From IMG/VR virus record IMGVR_UViG_3300018063_000015, positions 1 through 56,611 of that record: a stretch of DNA of 56,611 nt. One strand, written 5' to 3'. The stretch is from a virus. Lineage: Duplodnaviria; Caudoviricetes. The position numbers and the translations under genes are program-made. The notes beneath the pieces were generated by a model that was given only the letters and a program-made list of their open reading frames with translations, was not told the origin of the DNA and ran no database searches. Positions 1 to 7,076 of the stretch are shown here, piece by piece (position 1 is the first letter of the stretch; every line of letters begins with the position of its first letter).

Positions 1-884
1 ACGTGCATAACTTGCATACTGTTCTCGAGCCATATGTCATTGACTCTAAATGCATCACGTGCACTTACATATGCCTTCTTATGCTCAGGCGTAAAGTTAA
101 CTCTAACGAAGTTGTTGATTATCTTTGGTAGATACAGCCCAACTTCATCATAAGTACATCTACGTCCGTAGCGATCCATTAAGCGCTTTAGCAGTGTCCC
201 ACGTTGACCATATACTTCCGTGCCGTAGCGTGAGGTATACGTTTGACAATAGGTGTTGATGAATTGCCAATAGCTTGTAAATGTTAATGGATCTATGATA
301 CTAAGCTGCATGAATAGATCATCAGCTTCCTTCATAATAGGTGTACCTGTCAGCAAAAAGACACGCTCACTAGCATGTGCTAATGCTTTAGCTGCACGTG
401 CTTGCTGTGACGACCTATTACGAAAGTGGTGTGATTCATCATATATCAAAGTATCAAATTCAGGGAATTGAAACTTGAGATCCTTACGTGTTGGCACTTC
501 ACGTGGTCCTAAAACACGATTGAAGCGCAACATTTGATGATTGAAGATAGTCCACTTAGCACGTTCTGCTACGTTGAGTGCACCCTGACGGTTGTTTCGT
601 GTACCAGATGCTAGCACTACACTATCATCTGGGAATTGTGCACGGATTTCATCCCACCAATGTTCTACAAGGTATGAGGGACAGGCTATACCTATGCTAT
701 CACCGTCGGCGGCTGCCATCATGGCACTAAGCGTCTTCCCAAGCCCTGGAGGATGTGCTATGATTGCTTTCTTCTTGTCACGCAAAAACTCAGCATCTTC
801 CCACTGATAGGGTCTGGGAGTTTGGTTGAGCTTGTCTGAATCAAACTCTTGCTGAATCGTAAACGTAGGAGATTCAGCTATCAT
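1..884 (-). CDS. SNF2/DEAD-like superfamily 2 helicase, 3' end truncated by the window edge
   Basis: Not in the ORF track. Manual translation from ATG 884 (overlaps the stop of the upstream ORF) gives the Q motif PRPYQ, Walker A HPPGLGKT, Walker B LIYDESH and motif III LLTGTP; the frame stays open to the edge. Confidence 0.9.
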   Translation of the reverse strand, partial: MIAESPTFTIQQEFDSDKLNQTPRPYQWEDAEFLRDKKKAIIAHPPGLGKTLSAMMAAADGDSIGIACPSYLVEHWWDEIRAQFPDDSVVLASGTRNNRQGALNVAERAKWTIFNHQMLRFNRVLGPREVPTRKDLKFQFPEFDTLIYDESHHFRNRSSQQARAAKALAHASERVFLLTGTPIMKEADDLFMQLSIIDPLTFTSYWQFINTYCQTYTSRYGTEVYGQRGTLLKRLMDRYGRRCTYDEVGLYLPKIINNFVRVNFTPEHKKAYVSARDAFRVNDIWLENSMQVMH

Positions 885-1192
885 TGTGTTCTATAGCTTC
901 TAGTAGCATACAATTCTATGGAATATGTTCCAGGCTCAAACTTCCATTTACTATCCCAAGATATCACTTGTGCATGTAACCTTAAATCGATTTTCCACAT
1001 CGTACGGCCAATTTCAGAGGTACGAATTGATACATAGCTTTCACTAGAGCTAACTTCAGCAACCCTGAATTTATCCTTGGCAGCAAGCGTTAGTGGACAG
1101 CATTGCGTAATTACGTAGGGCTCAACGTGCTCAGTGCGTATCCTATTTGCTTCTTCGATATGATCAAGTGTTACTGTTATTTGCTCAATCAT
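881..1192 (-). CDS. Hypothetical protein, paralog family VTxxHI...CPxxLA...xPxxF/Y
   Basis: ORF track; start moved to ATG 1192 after AGAGG. Shares motifs with 2643-2897 and 51516-51770. Confidence 0.75.
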   Translation of the reverse strand: MIEQITVTLDHIEEANRIRTEHVEPYVITQCCPLTLAAKDKFRVAEVSSSESYVSIRTSEIGRTMWKIDLRLHAQVISWDSKWKFEPGTYSIELYATRSYRTQ

Positions 1193-1328
1193 TGCATCCT
1201 CTGGTTGTCGTTGATTATTTGCTCTAAGCACTCTATAGCCTCTTTGCAACCCTGATGCTTGTCTATTTCATACAACGTTTGACAGACGCTTATGAATCTA
1301 GCTAGCTCTTTCTTTGAAAGTTTAGGAA

Positions 1329-1529
1329 CTAAGTGCACTTCACTTCTTCTAGACGCACCATTTTATCAGTATCCATATATAGTTCTAAAACTGTATCGTT
1401 AAACAATATACCTCGAGAATTCATGACATTTATCCACGAACTTGCCATAGCAATAGCTTTATCATATGTAATATCATCACTGTCTATTGTTAACCACACT
1501 TTTACAGAGAGTCCCATTTTAGCATACAC
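1329..1529 (-). CDS. Hypothetical protein
   Basis: ORF track; sits in a tightly packed minus-strand gene run. Confidence 0.55.
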   Translation of the reverse strand: MYAKMGLSVKVWLTIDSDDITYDKAIAMASSWINVMNSRGILFNDTVLELYMDTDKMVRLEEVKCT

Positions 1530-1789
1530 CTTCCGTGCTTTTGTGACGGTACCTCGATTACACTCGTCAGCGGTTGGCTACACACTAAGCATAACGGCAT
1601 AGGTTCTACGTTCAACGTTGGCAAGGGCAATGGATTTAACTGCGCTATTACTGGTAGCAGCTTTAGTTCCTTCGCTATTTCCACATGTTTGCACGTGCGG
1701 CGGAAGTAGAATCCTGGACATGAACAGTTACCATTGTCATCTATTACGTAGTATTTGCCCTTCTTATTAAAACTAGGAACTGTTAGCAT
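1502..1789 (-). CDS. SWIM zinc-finger protein
   Basis: CSCPGFYFRRTCKH fits the CxC-x(n)-CxH SWIM motif; second CxxC...HxxC finger near the C-terminus. Confidence 0.8.
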   Translation of the reverse strand: MLTVPSFNKKGKYYVIDDNGNCSCPGFYFRRTCKHVEIAKELKLLPVIAQLNPLPLPTLNVEPMPLCLVCSQPLTSVIEVPSQKHGRCMLKWDSL

Positions 1790-1921
1790 TTATTTCGTCC
1801 ATATCACTGTCTTCTATTGTGCGCTTTTCCCACTTAATCCACCAATAGTATCCCATTACTTGCATGTCTGTAGTAGATGGAGCCGCTATTGGCCATAATG
1901 GAACTGTGTTAGGAAATTTCA

Positions 1922-2140
1922 TTAGTTATGGTCTCCGTATGCTGATTCTATTTCCTTATCACAGCCGTCACAATACCTTGATGGACCTTCATAGAAGATA
2001 TCACAATCTTCTATCGGTGGCTCGGCGTCTTGACTAGCACAACCATTGCACCACTCACTACCATCATGGCTATAGTACAACACTGGATACCCTTCTACAT
2101 TAGAGGGAAATAGATTGTCTACTTTAGCTGGAAGTTTCAT
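1922..2140 (-). CDS. Small CxxC...CxxC zinc-binding protein
   Basis: GYPVLY..DG..WCNGCA and YCDGCDKEIESAYG. Confidence 0.75.
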   Translation of the reverse strand: MKLPAKVDNLFPSNVEGYPVLYYSHDGSEWCNGCASQDAEPPIEDCDIFYEGPSRYCDGCDKEIESAYGDHN

Positions 2141-2285
2141 TTTTCATAGCCTCTCTTGTGAGATACACGTTTTGACGCGCATCGTTTAGACGGTTAACAC
2201 TAGCAGTCATACCTAGATTCTCGTGATGTTTTTTTGCAGCTTTTAATTCACGCAGCGCTTTACGGTAGAGTGTAGCTGGTTTCAT
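2124..2285 (-). CDS. Hypothetical protein
   Basis: Start moved to ATG 2285 (MKPATLYRK), which is coupled to the stop of the upstream ORF and preceded by GAAGGA. Confidence 0.6.
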   Translation of the reverse strand: MKPATLYRKALRELKAAKKHHENLGMTASVNRLNDARQNVYLTREAMKNETSS

Positions 2286-2446
2286 TATAGTTCCTTCATC
2301 ATCTCGTCTATACACACTTTGCATAGACAGCCACCACGCTGCATGTTCCATACTACTTCGTGGAAAGCACCACAACTTGAACACCGGACTGGTACGTTAT
2401 ACTTGTACCAACGTGCACTTAAATGCTCAGCGTGCAATTCAATCAT
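2285..2446 (-). CDS. Small zinc-finger protein (53 aa)
   Basis: Below the track cutoff: MIELHAEHLSARWYKYNVPVRCSSCGAF...CLCKVCIDEMMKEL; GGGGAG RBS upstream. Confidence 0.65.
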   Translation of the reverse strand: MIELHAEHLSARWYKYNVPVRCSSCGAFHEVVWNMQRGGCLCKVCIDEMMKEL

Positions 2447-2450
2447 ACTA

Positions 2451-2642
2451 CTACTCCCCCCAGTAATAATATTTATCTGTTCTTGCGAGCCAGAAAACTA
2501 CTTTCCACTTCCACAGCAGAAGAACTACAGCTAGATCATTTAACTCAACATCGTGCAATAGAGCTAATTGAAGTCCTCTCTCATAATCTGGAACAGTTAC
2601 GCTTAGACGGTTTTTAATAGCTAATCTCATTTTGAGCTCCAC
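2451..2642 (-). CDS. Hypothetical protein
   Basis: ORF track; abuts its neighbours. Confidence 0.55.
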   Translation of the reverse strand: MELKMRLAIKNRLSVTVPDYERGLQLALLHDVELNDLAVVLLLWKWKVVFWLARTDKYYYWGE

Positions 2643-2897
2643 CTAAAGCAAACGTGTGGTATCAAGACGAAACTTGAATGGCTTTACTGCATGACGTGAA
2701 TCTAAGCGTCGTATAAACCGTTGTACACTGCGTGGTGGTAGAAATCCAATGGATTTTGCGTGAAGTTTTATTTCATAGCGACCCACTACAACGGCTGGTA
2801 CAGTAATGGCTTCCTTTATGGCTAAGGCTACTGGACATTCTGTGCTTGACTTACGATAGCCACGGTCGATGTGGTCTTGTGTTACACTAATTAGCAT
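2643..2897 (-). CDS. Hypothetical protein, same paralog family as 881-1192 and 51516-51770
   Basis: MLISVTQDHIDRG...ECPVALAI...FIRRLD...PFKFRL. Confidence 0.8.
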   Translation of the reverse strand: MLISVTQDHIDRGYRKSSTECPVALAIKEAITVPAVVVGRYEIKLHAKSIGFLPPRSVQRFIRRLDSRHAVKPFKFRLDTTRLL

Positions 2898-2947
2898 TTT
2901 GTGCTACCTTTGTTTTTGATTGCGCACTGAAGAGCCGTAGCTGTACA

Positions 2948-3787
2948 TCAAACTTGTACCACGCTACCACCTAAATGCTCAGTTTGCGACTTTACTTTAG
3001 ATTGAGCCCTCAAGGCATCCATGAACGTATCGAAACTAGAGAATCCAGCTTGCAAGAACGCCTTACATAGAACGCTGAGGGAATGTACGCCACCGTACTG
3101 TTGCACGAACGACGCAAACTGCTGTTGATTTGCACGTCCAAAGCAATCTATTAGGAGCTTGATTGTGTCAGTATCGGTATCATATGCTTCAGCTATCACC
3201 TCATAATAATCTTGCTCGCTGTCAGTATATGACTTGACGTTTGATGACCCACACAAGACGCAATACGCTGGGGTTATGAACGATGATGGCACTAGGGTCG
3301 TTATTCTAAACGTTGCTAGGCAATCCTTACACGTAATTGTCAGTCGCAGATTGTACTTCTGCATGGTTGAGGCTACTTTCTTATTTGATTGGTTATAGTT
3401 GGCTGCACGGTGCACCAGCGTTGTTGGCTTCAAACCTTTATCTTTGATCGTTGCTAGGAACGTTGTAAAGCTCACATGGTCCGATCGCTGGAATGCAGTA
3501 TATAGAAAAGTAGCTACGTCATATGGGAGATCATATGATGTAGCTATTCGCTCTATTCGATCACGTTGTGGGTCTATGTGTGGTATTGTTGGAACGCCAC
3601 ATTGTGGACAATGTGTCGGAATTGGAGCACTATCAGGCTGAACACTCGATATTTGAAATTGGCTACAACAATCTAAGCGCACGGTATCACTAGATAGTGC
3701 TGAGTCTGAATACTTATACGCCGTGCCGTGCCTTACTAGTGATAGGGATTGTTGCGTGATATTCCTCCCAGTTTGATGGCTCGACAT
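2948..3787 (-). CDS. Protein with two tandem zinc-ribbon plus helical modules
   Basis: RLDCCSQF...HCPQCG...IATSYD and RLTITCKDC...YCVLCGS...IAEAYD. The track start at 3826 lies in the -35 box, so the true start is 3787 or later. Confidence 0.7.
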   Translation of the reverse strand: MSSHQTGRNITQQSLSLVRHGTAYKYSDSALSSDTVRLDCCSQFQISSVQPDSAPIPTHCPQCGVPTIPHIDPQRDRIERIATSYDLPYDVATFLYTAFQRSDHVSFTTFLATIKDKGLKPTTLVHRAANYNQSNKKVASTMQKYNLRLTITCKDCLATFRITTLVPSSFITPAYCVLCGSSNVKSYTDSEQDYYEVIAEAYDTDTDTIKLLIDCFGRANQQQFASFVQQYGGVHSLSVLCKAFLQAGFSSFDTFMDALRAQSKVKSQTEHLGGSVVQV

Positions 3788-3796
3788 GCCTGATAC

Positions 3797-3826
3797 ATTA
3801 TACCACGCCCTAAAAAAATTCCGCAA
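3797..3826 (-). promoter_or_regulatory. Sigma70-type promoter
   Basis: Minus strand TTGCGG-18 bp-TATAAT with a TG extended -10 (GTGGTATAAT). Confidence 0.65.
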
Positions 3827-3832
3827 GTGTAA

Positions 3833-3859
3833 ATGGCAGGTTCTTTAGAAATCTGCCAT
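3833..3859 (-). terminator. Hairpin, probable terminator
   Basis: ATGGCAG..CTGCCAT inverted repeat, followed by a short T run on the minus strand. Confidence 0.5.
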
Positions 3860-3878
3860 CTCCATTAACGACTTCATT

Positions 3879-4002
3879 GACAAGGGCTAGTGTCTTACGA
3901 TTGGGGCGCACTTGCACGCCTTCACTCGACGGCTGGGCCGTATCGACTACTTAATAGGGTCGGGCGTTGGTTTTAACTAGCAAGCAGTCTCCAGCCCTGG
4001 TC
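3879..4002 (-). ncRNA. Candidate structured, tRNA-like RNA element (copy A)
   Basis: Intergenic. Closing stem AGGGCTGG/CTAGCCCT; internal hairpins CGAC/GTCG, ACGGC/GCCGT and GGCG-TGCAAGT-GCGCC; motif shared with 11894-11979. Confidence 0.4.
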
Positions 4003-4008
4003 CTTTTA

Positions 4009-4941
4009 TTACAGTGTGGGGCCATGTTGTAGAGTCTTTGTTGGACGTGTTACTGGCTTCAAGAACTCCAATCCTATAGCTTCTAGAACAGAACTAGTTA
4101 TACTTGTCTCTGTGAAGTTTCGTTGTGGTACTATTTCAAACCTGTGGGCTAAAACTATATACCTTGCTCTTGTTTCAATTGACAGTCTGAGGGGATGTGA
4201 ACTTTTCTTGAAGTCACGATCCATCCATTGCCAACGCATTCCTACATAGTCTCCTGGCTCTTGTGGTGGTCTAACATCTACAAAGTCGGAGTATGATAGT
4301 GTTTCTAGGTAATTCGATATTCCATAGGCTGCGTAGGATATCTTGCGTCTTGTGCCATCGCCCATTGGCTCTATATATCCATCCTCTAGCCCCATTGATA
4401 TTAACCTATTATGGGCAGGGCGTGATAGAGTATATGACAAAGTGTCCGTTAGATCCATTGGCACTAGTCTGTCAGGATCTACGTTACGCAATACTTCTGG
4501 TACAACTACGCTGGGAAAGCCCTGTAGTTTGTTGGGCCATGCTCCAGGTTGAATGAAGCCAAGGGCTACTGCGTTTAAGAAGTTGCTGATCGTGAAATAG
4601 ATTGTTCTATCCGCGAGGCCGTGAATGGTAGCTAATTCTACATATCGTGTGGTAGATGCTGTGACTAGATTTAGCATTACACTGTACTGATATGGGCGTC
4701 GTGCTATAACTTCTTCAAGCGACGATATAGTATACTTCTGTGGAACGTATTTTGATATCAGTCCAAGCAGTTCTATTGTTGGTGGTGGTTGTACTAGGGT
4801 GAATGATCGTTGTGCTAAATCGTTAACGAAATCGCTTAGGCCGTGTGCCCTACTACCCAGTGGATTTACGTAGCCCCCTTCCATCGCGTGTTTCAGGAGT
4901 GTTGTTCTCGTTGGCTTTAGCAAGTATAGGTGCAACCCCAT
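4009..4941 (-). CDS. Putative DNA-binding protein with four RHH-like repeats
   Basis: Internal duplication visible by eye (LYLLKP..GYVNP..GLSDFV versus YTLSRP..GYIEP..GISNYL); strand-helix-helix pattern four times. Confidence 0.6.
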   Translation of the reverse strand: MGLHLYLLKPTRTTLLKHAMEGGYVNPLGSRAHGLSDFVNDLAQRSFTLVQPPPTIELLGLISKYVPQKYTISSLEEVIARRPYQYSVMLNLVTASTTRYVELATIHGLADRTIYFTISNFLNAVALGFIQPGAWPNKLQGFPSVVVPEVLRNVDPDRLVPMDLTDTLSYTLSRPAHNRLISMGLEDGYIEPMGDGTRRKISYAAYGISNYLETLSYSDFVDVRPPQEPGDYVGMRWQWMDRDFKKSSHPLRLSIETRARYIVLAHRFEIVPQRNFTETSITSSVLEAIGLEFLKPVTRPTKTLQHGPTL

Positions 4942-5248
4942 AGGTGTCCTTGCCCTCCTTAATTGTTAGCAGATTGTGCGTTAAGACTTCTACGATTGCA
5001 CTTTGTAGACTTTGTGTTGATGTAGCTGGAAAGATCATGGACATCCAAGGTTTAGCCCACGGCCAATCAATACCTTTTTTTGCTACCCTTGTCTTATGAT
5101 TTATTATTGGTGAGCGAATAGGACGTGGAGATGGTTCATATTCTGTATTAAGTAATATGTTGAGAGCTTGTGAAAGCGTACATTGATACTCTAACATGAT
5201 TAGGTTTAACACTCTCGACGCTGTAGCTGATATGTTAAGCATTGTCAT
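4853..5248 (-). CDS. Putative RHH-like DNA-binding protein
   Basis: Start moved to ATG 5248 after GGGAGG; MTMLNISATASRVLNLIMLEYQCTLSQALNILL has an RHH-like pattern. Confidence 0.6.
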   Translation of the reverse strand: MTMLNISATASRVLNLIMLEYQCTLSQALNILLNTEYEPSPRPIRSPIINHKTRVAKKGIDWPWAKPWMSMIFPATSTQSLQSAIVEVLTHNLLTIKEGKDTYGVAPILAKANENNTPETRDGRGLRKSTG

Positions 5249-5268
5249 TGGACTGACCTCCCAGCTAA

Positions 5269-5279
5269 AGTATACCACA
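5269..5279 (-). promoter_or_regulatory. Extended -10 promoter for the leftward operon
   Basis: Minus strand TGTGGTATACT about 20 bp upstream of ATG 5248. Confidence 0.5.
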
Positions 5280-5648
5280 GATGGTGGAACATTTTTCCGA
5301 AATGTTACAACAAATTGGGTATTGGGGTATGGGTTTCGAATTTTTCGGTCCGAAATTCTACGGGGGTATCTCACATACCACTATTCTATAATTTATATAT
5401 TAATTGTATTAATCTTCCTAGTATGTTTTCCCTACAGATTTTCGGACCAAAAATTCACCAAAACATAGCACAATACATATTGGCTATCAATACCGCCATC
5501 TTGTGCGGGTAATCGCGTGCAAGCGGGGCGACAATGGACTTTAACTATGTGCAAGGGTAACGACTATAACAAGGTGCTACGTTAAGCACTCAACTAAGGC
5601 CCTCTGCTTTGTACTCCGAAATATATCATCTTTGATACATTTTGTAGT

Positions 5649-5662
5649 AGGACATATGTTCT
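5649..5662. promoter_or_regulatory. LexA (GAAC-N4-GTTC) box-like site
   Basis: AGGACATATGTTCT, one mismatch from AGAACATATGTTCT. Confidence 0.35.
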
Positions 5663-5673
5663 CTCATATCATC

Positions 5674-5739
5674 AATAAGACACGCCTAATAAGACACGCC
5701 TGTATTTGTATTAATAAGACACCCCTAATAAGACACCCG
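5674..5739 (+). repeat. Four direct repeats AATAAGACAC(G/C)C in two pairs
   Basis: Copies at 5674, 5688, 5713 and 5727; 14-bp spacing within each pair. Confidence 0.9.
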
Positions 5740-5778
5740 TAGGTTAGCTGGCTGGTTAGCTTAGGTAGCGCTGTACGC

Positions 5779-5981
5779 AAAGTTTCGTCTAAACTAACCC
5801 ATTAGCTTAGTCTATACTAACACATTAGTTTAGTCTAACCTAACCTCGGAGGTTAGACTATACTAACTTCAATGATTAGTCTATACTAATAGGTTAGTTT
5901 AGCCTGCACTAACTCGCGAGGTTAGTATAGGCTAACTCGTTAGTAGAGACTTTACTAATCCGTGAGGTTAGCCATGCTAAC
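5779..5981. repeat. Array of nine 19-bp DtxR/IdeR-box-like imperfect palindromes, 23-bp period
   Basis: Units start at 5779, 5802, 5825, 5848, 5871, 5894, 5917, 5940 and 5963; e.g. TTAGTTTAGTCTAACCTAA versus the DtxR consensus TTAGGTTAGSCTAACCTAA. Confidence 0.9.
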
Positions 5982-6077
5982 TTTACTATCAGCGATTGCT
6001 TATGATGCTATCAGAATAGTCTTATAGTAAATGAGCGGCTATGATAGGTTATGAGTAGATGAGTTTCTAGGCATACC

Positions 6078-6086
6078 TGCTAGGAT
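6078..6086 (+). promoter_or_regulatory. Extended -10 promoter for the early island
   Basis: TGC-TAGGAT directly upstream of the structured leader. Confidence 0.4.
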
Positions 6087-6130
6087 GTGAGTGTAGGCAG
6101 TTAACTGAATAAGCGATCCACAATCGAATA

Positions 6131-6506
6131 TCCCCTTGAAGAGTCACCTGGGTCGGACGTGAGGCAGCTTTACTGCTAGGGCGCATACCAGGGTACGGAG
6201 GCTAGTAGGGGGGGAAAGCGTAACAGGTAGCCAGAGGCAGTGAGACTCCGCGCGCAGTGCAAGCGGGTAACTGGCTACCTTAGAGCACAAGTAAGGCTAC
6301 TCTACAGGCGGTATCAGACAGTAAGTCTGGGCGGATTGACGCTGACCGTTTCAACGCTGTACGTTGCTAGTCACTACACACAAGTACCACGGATTGCACC
6401 GTAGTCACGGGCAGGGAACGTTGACGTGCTAGGGCCACTACAAGCAATGGGCGCAATCACCTAAAGTATCTTCAGCGGTCTGATACCGCCTATCGAGTAG
6501 CTTTGC
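6131..6506 (+). ncRNA. Candidate structured non-coding RNA or leader (three stem-closed domains)
   Basis: Stems TCCCC/GGGGA (6131-6215), AGGTAGCCAG/CTGGCTACCT (6225-6280) and an approximately 26-bp stem 6291-6319/6478-6506; no convincing ORF. Confidence 0.55.
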
Positions 6507-6523
6507 TAACAGGAGAGGGAACA

Positions 6524-6574
6524 ATGGAAATCTTCGTCGTTCTACTCGCGATCGCGTTCCTGTTCACAACGTGA
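6524..6574 (+). CDS. 16-aa hydrophobic peptide MEIFVVLLAIAFLFTT
   Basis: Strong RBS AGGAGAGGGA; first ORF after the structured leader. Confidence 0.5.
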   Translation: MEIFVVLLAIAFLFTT

Positions 6575-6575
6575 C

Positions 6576-6788
6576 GTGATGTTCAATCAACATCCCACCA
6601 CGTTCGACGTTCCAGGTCCAGCATGGGATAACCCATATTGGGACAGTTACGATGCCACCATTAGAGTAGCTGACCTGCTTCTAGGATTGCCTGTACGTCT
6701 CGTCGAGGCGATGATCCTAGAGCAGGATGGCTACTCCGTGGATGACGTGCTAGCAATGATTAGCGTGGAAGGAGAACTAGCAAAATGA
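6576..6788 (+). CDS. Hypothetical early protein (possible sigma-region-4-like helix bundle)
   Basis: ORF track; LLGLPVRLVEAMILEQDGYSVDDVLAM pattern. Confidence 0.6.
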   Translation: MMFNQHPTTFDVPGPAWDNPYWDSYDATIRVADLLLGLPVRLVEAMILEQDGYSVDDVLAMISVEGELAK

Positions 6789-6943
6789 GTAAACGTCAAT
6801 GGCATCAATACCATTGGCTAGCCGAGCAGTTAGAACGTATTGAAGCCTTGCTACAAGCTGGTGATGTTGAGACTGCTAAGCGGGCGGTAATCAACGCCCT
6901 TGTGCAGGCACGCACTTATCGTGCAGCAGAACTAGAGCTATGA
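6785..6943 (+). CDS. Hypothetical early protein (52 aa)
   Basis: ATGA overlap with the upstream ORF and GAAGGAG RBS; MSKRQWHQYHWLAEQLERIEALLQAG... Confidence 0.65.
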   Translation: MSKRQWHQYHWLAEQLERIEALLQAGDVETAKRAVINALVQARTYRAAELEL

Positions 6944-7074
6944 TGATTAGCGTCGGAGCATACCCAACGCGGTATGGTGGTCGCAAGGTGAGAATGTATG
7001 TCTTTGTGACCATCAAGCAAAGTAGCTTAGTCGGTAAGGTACTGACATGGCTATTCAGATGGGCAATGGAGTAA
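6940..7074 (+). CDS. Hypothetical early protein (44 aa)
   Basis: ATGA overlap with the upstream ORF; fills the gap exactly. Confidence 0.5.
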   Translation: MMISVGAYPTRYGGRKVRMYVFVTIKQSSLVGKVLTWLFRWAME

Positions 7075-7076
7075 CA

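Noticed and set aside
3879-4002. Canonical tRNA or Y RNA
   Set aside because: No GG in the D loop, no TTC, an 11-nt anticodon-like loop and no CCA. The GGCTGG/CTAGCC ends resemble Y RNA, but the Ro-binding bulged helix is missing
5196-5512. Plus-strand ORFs 5196-5468 and 5315-5512, and the N-terminal extension of 4853-5374
   Set aside because: No RBS, and they overlap an AT-rich regulatory region with promoter motifs; the better start is ATG 5248
5756-5981. CRISPR mini-array
   Set aside because: The period is only 23 bp with 4-bp linkers, the units vary, and there are no 25-45 bp unique spacers or cas genes. The Cas4-like nuclease is the usual phage recombination type
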